Shown piece by piece: positions 48,056 to 59,065 of a stretch of 64,000 nucleotides of DNA. The notes below the pieces were generated by a model. That model saw only the letters and a program-made list of their open reading frames with translations, did not search any database and was not told where the DNA came from. Location: contig NC_068981.1 in assembly GCF_001194135.2 (NCBI RefSeq), positions 65,714,941 to 65,778,940 on the forward strand. The letters are read 5' to 3'. This DNA is from Octopus bimaculoides. Taxonomy: Eukaryota. Each line of letters opens with the position of its first letter. Position 1 is the stretch's first letter. A program made the position numbers and the translations under genes.

Positions 48056-48769
48056 CAACTTTGTTTCCTCATAACTTCCAGAAAAATGGCTATTTTTTAA
48101 TAAGGGTTTTTTGTTGTTGCAAATATGCTTTAGATAGTGCAGATTTTGATTATATCAGAATTTGTGAAAGAGAGGATGATGTCTACCAAAGTGGAGCAAG
48201 CATCGATGAAGGAAAGAAAACAGGGAAGAGACAGAGACGAGTATTTACACTAACCTAGAACTCCACCACCACCACCACCACCACCAAAGTTTGGTCAAAG
48301 CAGCCTGATCGCGGGACTTTGGATTCAGTCTGACAATTGACCAAGCATTCGAGTTCCCTGAAAATCCTGCGGAGATCAGTTTTGCCTTTTACCCTTCCAC
48401 TTGGTATTTTAATACGCGTTTATTTTTTTATACGCGGTATTTGAATTTTTGTTTTAAATCAATGACTCTGTGTGTGTTTATGTCTAGGTTTGTCCCCCAT
48501 TACCGCTTGACAATCAATGTTGGTCCCCGCAAAAGGAACCAATAGAATAAGTACCATTTTCAAAAGAAAAAATAAGCACTGGGGTCGATTCATTAGACTA
48601 AAAAAATCCTTCAAAGCAGTATCCCAGTATGGCTGCAGTCTAGTAACTGAAAAAAAAAATAATAAAAGATGTTTAATATAAGATGAAGACAATCACATTT
48701 GCGGGAAAACATAACAGTTATTAATGATCATGAAGATATGATATAAATAAATCATTTCTAATCCCACAT

Positions 48770-49685
48770 TGTCACCTAATTTTCTTCTTGACGAACATCC
48801 ATCACCCTTCTATAGTCAGTCTGTATATTCTGTCATTTGAATTGTAGCTTACTTCTCTCTCTCTCCCTCTGTGCTATATATACATGGATACGGACGTGGT
48901 GGATAACAGCTTGTCTTCGGCCGCACCTGATTGGTTGGTATTGGCACATTTTATCTCTTGCTCTATTACGCGCCAAGATGCAACCCAACCAATCGCAGCC
49001 TTCAGATAAGGTCGCGTTAGACAGTCTTTTCTGAACCCCAGTTTGAGCCGACGGTATGGTATAAAAGCTAGCTTTTCACCGTCACAATGGTCAGTCTTTT
49101 GGCTCCAGATCTTCTGAGGTCTAGCCATTGCACACAGCCAGTTCCAGCGACGACAACAACAGCCACATGGAGACTCAACATTCAACCAGCAGCTTACGGC
49201 AAACTCCATCTTCGTCGCCACCATCATCTTCTTAACTACACCAACTACTCTACATACACACCACCAGCAACACTCGCACAGGTTCAATCTCAACACTGTT
49301 TGTGAATTACTTCACCATGGTTAACAGCGAATACAACCTGCGAAAACTCCTGTACCAAGTAACCGGCAGCAGCATTGAAGCCACAACTTCTCACGACATA
49401 TGCCTCTCCCCGGCTCTGCTACGCGGCCTCAACTTCTTGTTACAGCACCTCAGCCACTGTGTACCTTGAATACGAACTGGTATTTTATCATCCTTGTGTC
49501 TGGACATTCTTCTAACTTCATTATAGACTCTTTTCTATGCTCTGTATTTCTCGCACACGCATACACACGTTTGTATACTCATACACTTTGTTTATATGTC
49601 GCACTCGCACACACAGACATACACGTTGACATATCAATAAAATCTTCTCTTAAACCTTCTACCGTTATGAAAATTAGTGGTAACG
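48770..49685 (+). mobile_element. Solo-LTR-like element
   Basis: Starts TGTCACC and ends GGTAACG; CCAAT 48989, TATAAAA 49060-49066, AATAAA at about 49636; no clear TSD. Confidence 0.45.
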
Positions 49686-49790
49686 AAGTCTGGACAGGAG
49701 AGAGAAGGAATGATACAAAAGCCACGTTAGTGTTTATGTGTGTAAAACAAGTAAGATTATAATATTAAAACAAAATATCTTCTACATACT

Positions 49791-50280
49791 TGTAAGGGTC
49801 GACCGTGCGAACTCATAAAAGGAGAAATGGTGACGAATGGAAAAAACAGAGGACTCCTTTTATTTACACGAGTCACACGGTCGAACATACAAATATATAT
49901 CATATGATGATATACGTAATATGTTATGCGTCGATAACATAGATGACCAGTAATGAAAGACCACAACCGTATTAGATGAATAACAGATATATTTATTGTA
50001 GTGTTAAAGATGTATGTCTGTGTGTGAGTGTGAATGCGACATATAAGAACATAATCAAAGACAGGCCGTCGTACAAAGAAAAGTGTGTATGTGAGTGATA
50101 CATGTGTGTGTATGTTATTACAGCAGAGAGAAAGAGAGTCAATAACACGTGGACAATTATACCAGTTCGTTAGTACACTATAGGAAAAGTTCTGTATGTG
50201 AAAGTGAGGGAGGCTGAGTTTGGCAGAGCTGATCACTAGTTGTGATGTCGAGGCATCGATGCCTAGCCGTGATTCTTGTT
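49791..50280 (-). mobile_element. Second LTR-like element (3' part; 5' end in gap)
   Basis: Ends CGACCCTTACA; shares ACGAACTGGTAT and TTATATGTCGCA...CACACACAGACATACA plus AATAAA with 48770-49685. Confidence 0.45.
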
Positions 50281-51229
50281 NNNNNNNNNNNNNNNNNNNN
50301 NNNNNNNNNNNNNNNNNNNNNNNNNNNNNNNNNNNNNNNNNNNNNNNNNNNNNNNNNNNNNNNNNNNNNNNNNNNNNNNNNNNNNNNNNNNNNNNNNNNN
50401 NNNNNNNNNNNNNNNNNNNNNNNNNNNNNNNNNNNNNNNNNNNNNNNNNNNNNNNNNNNNNNNNNNNNNNNNNNNNNNNNNNNNNNNNNNNNNNNNNNNN
50501 NNNNNNNNNNNNNNNNNNNNNNNNNNNNNNNNNNNNNNNNNNNNNNNNNNNNNNNNNNNNNNNNNNNNNNNNNNNNNNNNNNNNNNNNNNNNNNNNNNNN
50601 NNNNNNNNNNNNNNNNNNNNNNNNNNNNNNNNNNNNNNNNNNNNNNNNNNNNNNNNNNNNNNNNNNNNNNNNNNNNNNNNNNNNNNNNNNNNNNNNNNNN
50701 NNNNNNNNNNNNNNNNNNNNNNNNNNNNNNNNNNNNNNNNNNNNNNNNNNNNNNNNNNNNNNNNNNNNNNNNNNNNNNNNNNNNNNNNNNNNNNNNNNNN
50801 NNNNNNNNNNNNNNNNNNNNNNNNNNNNNNNNNNNNNNNNNNNNNNNNNNNNNNNNNNNNNNNNNNNNNNNNNNNNNNNNNNNNNNNNNNNNNNNNNNNN
50901 NNNNNNNNNNNNNNNNNNNNNNNNNNNNNNNNNNNNNNNNNNNNNNNNNNNNNNNNNNNNNNNNNNNNNNNNNNNNNNNNNNNNNNNNNNNNNNNNNNNN
51001 NNNNNNNNNNNNNNNNNNNNNNNNNNNNNNNNNNNNNNNNNNNNNNNNNNNNNNNNNNNNNNNNNNNNNNNNNNNNNNNNNNNNNNNNNNNNNNNNNNNN
51101 NNNNNNNNNNNNNNNNNNNNNNNNNNNNNNNNNNNNNNNNNNNNNNNNNNNNNNNNNNNNNNNNNNNNNNNNNNNNNNNNNNNNNNNNNNNNNNNNNNNN
51201 NNNNNNNNNNNNNNNNNNNNNNNNNNNNN

Positions 51230-51596
51230 ATGTATATACAATTTCATTAAAAGATATCCATTTTCCTTAAAGTTACAAGGGAAAAATCGGATCTTGTGAA
51301 TTTTCCGAAGTCCTCTCCCCACCCCTTCGGAAAAGATTTTTCCCACAAATTTCTTTATAATCGTAATCTATACTGTTTGAAAGGTATTTATATAAAATTT
51401 TATTTAAAAAAAAACATTTTCCTAAAAGTTATGAAGGAAAAACTCAGATCTTGTGAATTTTCCGAAGTTCTCCCCCCCCATCCCGTTGCTATCCGCGCAT
51501 TTTTGTTTTCATATTCGTTTCCTACACATTTTTTTTACACCTATTGCACCATCTTTTTTTCTTATTTCGTTTCCAGGTAATATTGTAAACCATAAC
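51230..51596. mobile_element. Right arm of a second foldback/MULE-like copy
   Basis: Mirrors 46234-46405 in reverse complement; ends TTCGTTTCCAGGTAATATTGTAAACCATAAC; two AGATCTTGTGAATTTTCCGAAG-type subrepeats. Confidence 0.75.
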
Positions 51597-52019
51597 CAAA
51601 CAAAGTAAAGAATTAATAGTTATGAATAAAGGAATTACTAGTTGTTAACTAAGGTACTAAGAATGATAGGGAAGATATACGATGGCATGTGACTATGACC
51701 ATGAAGGTATATAGTTAGGTGTTATGTGGGCGTGGAGGTAAGTTTGCACTTAGATTTATGGAAGAATTCAAAAGTGTGGAAGAATCTGTTTGCATGTTGT
51801 GAAGGCTTCACTGTGTTTGTTGAGTAAATGCAGTGAGTTGTGGGGATCTAGTCTTTCTCATTCGCAAAATGAGCCCCCTTTAATTTTGCTCAGATTGCTT
51901 TCAATTTTGGTGTATCGATACAACTCTGAATTTTGATTACGATCAACCAAGTACTTTAGCTCGTAAATGAAAGAATTTGATATTATTTGGAATTAAAGTT
52001 GGGAAATTTGGATAATTTT

Positions 52020-52110
52020 AGCCAATCAACAGACAACGTGGCATTAGCAGCTTGTTACCATGACAACTGCACGCCATGTAGTGGTTCACTTCACTGTTGT
52101 CTGTGACGCA
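52020..52110. promoter_or_regulatory. NF-Y + RFX X-box + CRE half-site cluster
   Basis: AGCCAATCA 52020-52028; GTTACCATGACAAC 52054-52067; TGACGCA 52104-52110. It may be transposon-borne. Confidence 0.4.
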
Positions 52111-52974
52111 TGTTGTTCTATGTTGATTTTTCACACTTGTTTCTTCATACCACAAGATTCTTTTCACCCGCGTGTTTTGTTTTAATTTTTCTGTGTTAGT
52201 ATATTTCATATTTTTGAATTTTGCATGCAAAACATATAAGATACTGGTATTCTTTTCCTTGGGACAAATTCTATGTTGACCAGTGTTATTCTTATCGTAG
52301 TTTACAAATCCAAGCAGGAAAACGTTACTCAACTTTGGAGTTTTGGACACAGACGCCTCCTTCACACACGCACACAGTTTCTTTTGTCTTTCAATGAAGA
52401 GACAAAAGAAACAGTAAGATGATACATGTTGATTTTATTAGGTATTTCTGTTTATTTAGAAACCTACAATGAACAGGTCATAATAACTATACTACAACTA
52501 ATACTAACACTACCGCCAATAAAGACACTACCATTAGAGAAAATAATAATATAACTAACACTACATCCGCAGCTGATACTACAAATAGTTGTAATAATAA
52601 TATTACTAATACCGTTATCAATGTTAATGCTAACACCTCTACCACTACTAATGATAATAATAATCACAATAGAGCCGGTGATCTTTATAATAGGGGTAGC
52701 AATAATACCAGCAACGGTAGTGGTAACGATAATAACATTAGAGGCACTGATAACATCAATAGCATGAACCAATCACCTAATACTACTGTAGCCTTTAATT
52801 TATCGGACAATAATACCTCCCTCCTAGTAACCATTCTAGAACGGTTGATTGCAACTGCAGATCCGAGGTTGAGTGCCCGCTGCAAGCCCATTGCAGAAGA
52901 TTCAACGTAGTATACCGATGCACCGTCCATAACATATTAAATAACTCAGATATCTACCATATTGGATCCACAAC

Positions 52975-55885
52975 TATTTTTAAACAGAGATATTCTGCAC
53001 ATGTAAACGAACCAATTGAGGGACCAGCCATTAGAGTTGATAGCAATATAATAGATAAGGCGATTAAGGATATGAAGGTAGGAAAAGTCCCTGGACCGTC
53101 GGGTATCACTGCCGAGATGATTAAAATATCCGGCGGTGTGGTATACAGCCTAGTCACTCGCATAGTTAATCAGGTTATTCAGGAAAGCGTCATCCCCAAA
53201 GACTTGCGTAGTTGTATTATAGTTAGCTACTACAAGAGTAAAGGTGATGCCATAGATAGAAACAAGTACAGAGATATCAAACTGCTGGACCAAGTCATGA
53301 AAATTACAGAGAGAGTTATAGCTCAATTGATTAGGAATAGAATTAAACTAGATGAGATGCAGTTTGGTTTTGTTCCTTGGAGAAGTACCACAGATGCCAT
53401 CCTCCTAGTGAGACAGTTGCACGAAATGTATTTGGCCAAAAGTAAGCCATTGTACTTAACTTTCGTCGACCTGGAGAAAGCTTTCGACATGGTTCCCGGC
53501 TCTGTTATCTGGTAGTCTCTAAGGAAGCTAGGGAGTAAAGGAGTGACTTGTTTAGGGCCGTACAAGTCATGTACAGCGGTGCTGTCAGTGGGATGAGAGT
53601 CGGCCTTGAATACAGTGATGAATTTAGCGTACAAGTTGGGGTTCACTAGTAATCAGTTCTTAGTCCACTCTTATTCATCATAGTCTTCCAGGCCATAACA
53701 GAGGAATTCAAAACTGGATGCCCATGAGAACTGCTATATGCTGATGACCTCGTTCTTATTGCAGAATCTGAAACAAAATTGGAGAAGTTCCAGGTATGGA
53801 AGAAAAACCTGGAATCAAAGAGCGTTAAAGTTAACGTAGCAAAAACTAAAGTTGTTAGCAAGAAAGCAAATAAGACTCTCTTTCTGTAGGTAATGGTCCT
53901 ACTCAATATGTAGAAAAGGGGTGGGAAGTAATTCTATTCGCTGCACTCAGTGTAAGCTATGGACGCATAAGAGATGCAGTGGAATCACAAGTAGATTAAC
54001 AGATAATGTCGCTTTCGTGTGTGACAGATGTGTAGGAACAATAAGCACTAAGAACACATGAGACTTAAACTCTCTCAAATGCTCAGGAGGCTCTCTTGAG
54101 GTAGTAGATAGTTTCTGCTACTTAGGTGACCAAATTAGTAGCGGTGGATGCTCTGAAAGTTTTGTTTCTAGTATAAGAATAGGATGGAGGAAGTTCAGAA
54201 AATGACTACCCCTGTTGGCAACAAAAGCACTCTTTCTCAGAATGAAAGGTAGATTGTATGATGCTTGTATACGAACGGTTATACTCCATGGTAGTGAGAC
54301 ATGGACTCTGAATGTGGAGGACATGCGCCGACTGGATGTGCAAGCTCCGTTGGATGTGCAACATCAGTGTGCATGAATCACAAAGCGCAACTGTGTTGAG
54401 ATAAAAGTTGGGCATAAGAGGAATTAAATGTGATATGCAGAAGAGGAGGATGCGTTGGTTTGGACATATGATGCGTATGAGTAAAGGCAGCTGTATATAC
54501 AGAAGTGCCTGTCACTGAAAGTGGACGGTGCCTGTGGAAGAGAGAATCCCAGGAAGACATGGGATGAAGTGGTGAGGACGGATCTTAAGATGTTAGGGCT
54601 CATGGAGGAAATGACAATGGACCGAGATATCTGGTGATATGAGGTTCTAGAGAAGACCCGCCCACGTCAGCGAAACTGAGTGCTAGAAGTGTTGTGTCCC
54701 ACCCACATGTAACAATAAACTTTTCACTCACCCCACCCCAAGAAACCGAACTATATCTTCTCTTCTAAACTGTATCTTTCTCTTCCTCACATTTCTTCTT
54801 CATACACTATGATTGTCTCCCTTCCCTGCCTTCACTGTCCTACTTACTGAATCACTCTTTCCCCCAGCCCATCTTTATACCCAGGTTTTCACCAATCACT
54901 GCAATCTCCACTCCCTACTCGCGTCTTCTTGGCAATACTTGGCCGCATATATTATGACCTCTGTACCTTGAGGGCATGCCCTGGCAATTGCCATCATCTC
55001 TCTCTTCTTTACTTTGCCATCCCATCTATGCTCTGATCTTTGTTATTTGTGCGTATACCCTGGAACCATCTCTCCAGCACTTTTGCTGTTTCCCTCCCCC
55101 TCTCTCTTTTTCCCTTGCTCTCCCTTCTGGCCGAGTAGCCATGTACTCCTCTACAACGGCACACCTGTTTCTGCCCTCATTCTTGGTCACTCTCTGTCTC
55201 CTCTTGCTTTTACCTCTGGCTAGGTAACCTAGTATCTCCTTTACATCAGCACACCTATTTCTGTCCTCTTTCTTGTACCTTTCTTTCTTTCTCTCTCTCT
55301 TTTTTCCCCTCTTACTTACTCTCTCTGGTCGAGTAATCTCACTCTCTCTCTTTTTTTTCCCCTCTTACTTACTCTCTGGCCGAGTGACCATGTATCTCCT
55401 CTATAGCAAGACACTTGTTTCTGCCTCTCCTGTTTCTTTGTCACACTCTAACTTTTCATCATATGATACAAGATCACCCCCTCCTCTAGAGCAAGACACC
55501 TGTTTCTGCCGCTCTGTCACACTCTAACCTTTCTTCATCTGGCACAAGATCCCCTCCTCCAATGCTCACTCCCCTCTCAAAATTCCTTGTCTTGCAAGTA
55601 CTTGGTGACTCTGCCGGTGCTGGTGCCACGTAAAAAGCATCCAGTCCACACTGTAAAGTGGTTGGCTTTTGGAAGGGCGTTCGGCTGTAAAAACCATACC
55701 AAAACTGACCTCGCCTGTGCTGGTGCCACGTTAAAAGCACTGTTCACTCTGCGAAGTGGTTGGTGTTAGGAAGGGCATCCATCCGTAAACAAACCATGCC
55801 AAAACACAGTAGCCTAGGGTAGTCTTCTACTCGGTCGGTTCCTGTCAAATCGTCCAACCCATGCCTTCATAGAAGACGGACACCA
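52975..55885 (+). mobile_element. 5'-truncated, inactivated RTE LINE with long repetitive 3' UTR
   Basis: KVPGPSGITAEMIK, MQFGFVPWRSTTDAI, FVDLEKAFD, LYADDLVL, EVVDSFCYLGD; several stops and frameshifts; the 3' UTR has repeated CTCTGGCCGAGT...CACCTGTTTCTG units. Confidence 0.92.
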
Positions 55886-56652
55886 ACCTACCCGCAGAGT
55901 GTTTTTCACATACATCTATTTTTGCAGTACTATGGATATAATGTGGTCGTTATTTTCAAAAAATAATAATACAAAGTCAAGAACACAAGTTAAGCCTAGT
56001 GGAAGTTACATATTGAGATAGTATAAAGTTTGTATGTTTATATTTGAGCTGGAGTAACAGGATCTGCCCAGTAGTACTATGACAACAATAAAAACAGATG
56101 ACATGTCACTATTGAGGATGAATAAATTATTGCTGTAAAATGTAGCTCAATCAGTTAGCGTAGTCAGTTTTTTTTCTTCCTTTGTTTTACTGGCTATATT
56201 CAGCTCGTTCCGTTGGTAAGGATTGGCAAAGGTATGGGCTCCACAAAGATGATTTGCTCTAGATACATTACCAAAAGTTTCAGTAGGTTACGATTCATTG
56301 TATCTGAGACCCATCGTATTTCCCCTCACCTTAAAATATAATTCTTATTCCACGTCACATTTACATACTTTTCTTTCTTAACCAATTGATAATTTTCGAC
56401 ATGTACATAATTCCATATTTGATGAGAGGGAACTATTAAATCTCGTACTTTAATTATTGGCTAAAAATTAAAAAAAGAAGAAGGAAAGCAAAGTGTAATT
56501 TGAACGTAAGACTTAATATATTCGGAAGTATAAATCTGTTTATTCATCATACTTGTTTTAATATACATACATATGGCGAATCCATTACAAAAAATAAAGA
56601 AATCCAGTTTCCTTCTCCAATGTCATTTTTTACTTACCACATTTTGGAAGTA

Positions 56653-57615
56653 TCATGGAATTCGATATGAAATTCCTTTTACTTGAATTGTTTCAGACAC
56701 AGCATCAACTTTTTCTTGACTGATCTCTGTAAGTTTTTTATTGAAAGATTGAGGGAGAGCGCAAGATGGCAATTTCCTAGAGTATGTAGTAAATTTAAAG
56801 TTCTGGTATTTCATTTGTGGTACTATATAATCACCAATGGTTGCATCTATATTTTTAAAGTTATTTGGATCAATTTTTTTCAGTCTGTCATTAATATTCC
56901 GATATAGTCTATTTTTTGATCCAGACGATTTTCGAATATTTTTAAATGTTGTGACATTTACCCTTGGTTTTACATGAACGTTGACAACATGCATACTCGT
57001 ATGGCTTCTGTTCATATGCAATTTCTTTGCGTTAGAGGAGTTTAAAGGAGGGGACACACTCTCATTTTTTAAATGTAACTTCTTAAAATCGGACAATATG
57101 CCTCCAAATTTACGTTTAAATATCAACAGGTTTGGTGATGATTGATTTGGATTAGTATTTTCTGCTATCTTTAAAAAGCGCTGATGTAGACTAGGTTTAT
57201 TAACCGGAATTAGGAGCCGAGGTCTTCTTTTTTGGTTCATCTTTATTTTGATTTCCTTTTGAGTTTGGTAAACTCCATTCAATGGTATATAATCATTCGT
57301 CTGCGGATTTAGCATACATTTTAGATTACCGAATACATCAGTTTTGATTTTCTTTTTCTTTAATTTGTTCCCTAACCCACAGGATAAAAAACCAATAGCC
57401 GGTTTTAATGTAGAAGCGTTTTCTGGCTCCGTTATCGGAAAACGACTTTTCCATCCCGATAGAGGTTCGCCTGAAGAATCGTTAACGAAAGAATTTGCTG
57501 TTTCAAAAAAAAGTGTTGTTTCTTCAAAGCTAATGTCAAAAAGTGTCTGAATATGTTTAGTAGATTTTACACATGCTGCTTTGTCAAAAGAAATGGTTTT
57601 TCTCCAGCATAACAT
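56653..57615 (-). CDS. Orphan 320-aa basic (K/N/S-rich) ORF, no recognisable domain
   Basis: 963-nt uninterrupted frame in AT-rich DNA; in-frame TAA 12 codons upstream of the ATG; strong donor GTG|GTAAGT 15 nt after the TGA; no transposon motifs seen. Confidence 0.6.
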   Translation of the reverse strand: MLCWRKTISFDKAACVKSTKHIQTLFDISFEETTLFFETANSFVNDSSGEPLSGWKSRFPITEPENASTLKPAIGFLSCGLGNKLKKKKIKTDVFGNLKCMLNPQTNDYIPLNGVYQTQKEIKIKMNQKRRPRLLIPVNKPSLHQRFLKIAENTNPNQSSPNLLIFKRKFGGILSDFKKLHLKNESVSPPLNSSNAKKLHMNRSHTSMHVVNVHVKPRVNVTTFKNIRKSSGSKNRLYRNINDRLKKIDPNNFKNIDATIGDYIVPQMKYQNFKFTTYSRKLPSCALPQSFNKKLTEISQEKVDAVSETIQVKGISYRIP

Positions 57616-57789
57616 AGTCGTTATCCCGCGAGAAACTAATTGTTTTTCTTATTCCACTGATTTCAGCTTATTGCAACACAACCCAACCGTTTAGCGTTTA
57701 GAAATAGACAAGTATAAACGCGTTTTAAGCTTAAAATATCTAAATATTTAAACATGAACGAGTCTCTCCAGGTCAAGCTGCTATTTCTC

Positions 57790-58070
57790 CGTATTGAGAT
57801 GTCACAGCTCCGGTACTAAGGACATGTGATTATAAAGTCGCAGGAAAGAATTTCAAGATGGATTCTTCAAGCCAACCGACAGGAGACCTAGGGGTAAACC
57901 AAGGATGAGGTGGTTGGATAATATCCATAGTCTCAGTTGGTCATGCTTAAGAATCCGATCGGAATGTCTTAAAGACGATTGCTTCTGATAGGACTTATAG
58001 AGGAGGTGCCTGAGGTCTCTAACCTCCGCAGAAATAGTAGGCTAAAATGGATGGATAAACATGATGACCC
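57790..58070 (+). mobile_element. RTE-type LINE 3' fragment
   Basis: IEMSQLRY*GHV...RPRGKPRMRWLDNIHSLSWSCL. Confidence 0.65.
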
Positions 58071-58310
58071 TATTTTGAAAGAGTACTTACAGATATCTGG
58101 TTAGGCTTCAAATCATATACGCTGTAGTTTCTCAGTGTTTGATTGTGACGTGTATGGTAGCTGATTCTGCTAGTCAAACAAACTAAATGTTCTATTTTTC
58201 ACAACAATCAGAAATCCGCGATGAAACAAAACCAATCAGTGAATCCGTTAGAATATTTATTCTAGTATAGAGTTTTGTTTTAGTTCTTTTTCTATATTTA
58301 CAAAAGTAAT

Positions 58311-58703
58311 TGTTGTTGTGTTGTTGGCACTCCGTCGCTTACGACGTCGAGGGTTCCAGTTGATCCGATCAACGGAACAGCTTGCTCGTGAAATTAACTT
58401 GCAAGTGGCTGAGCACTCCACAGACACGTGTACCCTTAACGTAGTTCTCGGGGATATTCAGCGTGACACAGTGTGACAAGGCTGACCCTTTGAATTACAG
58501 GCACAACAGAAACAGGAAGTAAGAGCGAGAGAAAGTTGTGGTGAAAGAGTACAGCAGGGTTCGCCACCATCCCCTGCCGGAGCCTCGTGGAGCTTTAGGT
58601 GTTTTCGCTCAATAAATACTCACAACGCCCGGTTTGGGAATCGAAACCGCGATCCTATGACCGCGAGTCCGCTGCCCTAACCACTGGGCCATTGCGCCTC
58701 CAC
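58311..58703 (-). mobile_element. Full-length young tRNA-derived SINE (OR2-like) with TSD
   Basis: Intact A box TGGCCCAGTGG and B box GGTTTCGATTCC; (CAA)n tail; 11-bp TSD ACAAAAGTAAT (58300-58310, 58704-58714). Confidence 0.92.
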
Positions 58704-58839
58704 ACAAAAGTAATAATATAATGCATTCGCGATCAGCATTTGGAATGTGAGAGCCGTATGTAATTCGAGAACAGTAGTTTGGGTGATATCAGGTTTCTCA
58801 CTCACTTTTGTTCGATGGGGCTGGGGTCATCCCAGGTTA

Positions 58840-59065
58840 ATGGTCTGAGAGACGTCATTGTGCATAGAGCCGACCAGGTTCACCAGTCCACCACCATAGC
58901 TGGCGCTTCCATTCTAGCCACTTTGTATCCTCCAAGATAACGTCGAGCCTGTGGAAATCTTCCTTAATTACGTCCAGCCATGAGGCCTCTCCCAGCTTGC
59001 AGCTGCTGCATCGAACGAGAATAAAGTCCTAGAAGAATGATCTGGCGGGAGGCAGAGGACATGCC
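58840..59065 (-). mobile_element. RTE-type LINE 3' fragment
   Basis: GHVLCLPPDHSSRTLFSFDAAAASWERPHG resembles the RTE GHV.R...GW.RPRGR C-terminus. Confidence 0.55.

Noticed and set aside
47824-48072. SWIM-zinc-finger resemblance (LCRHILFVL)
   Set aside because: The downstream motifs fit an RLE retrotransposon C-terminus better, the upstream CxC is absent, and the N-terminal residues derive from a foldback fragment
48874-49305. Overlapping 140-aa (-) and 72-aa (+) ORFs
   Set aside because: Inside the LTR-like element and built from ACC/ACA-rich low-complexity sequence
52464-52930. I/S/V-rich ORFs
   Set aside because: Derived from (AAT)/(ACT)-rich low-complexity DNA next to the RTE insertion
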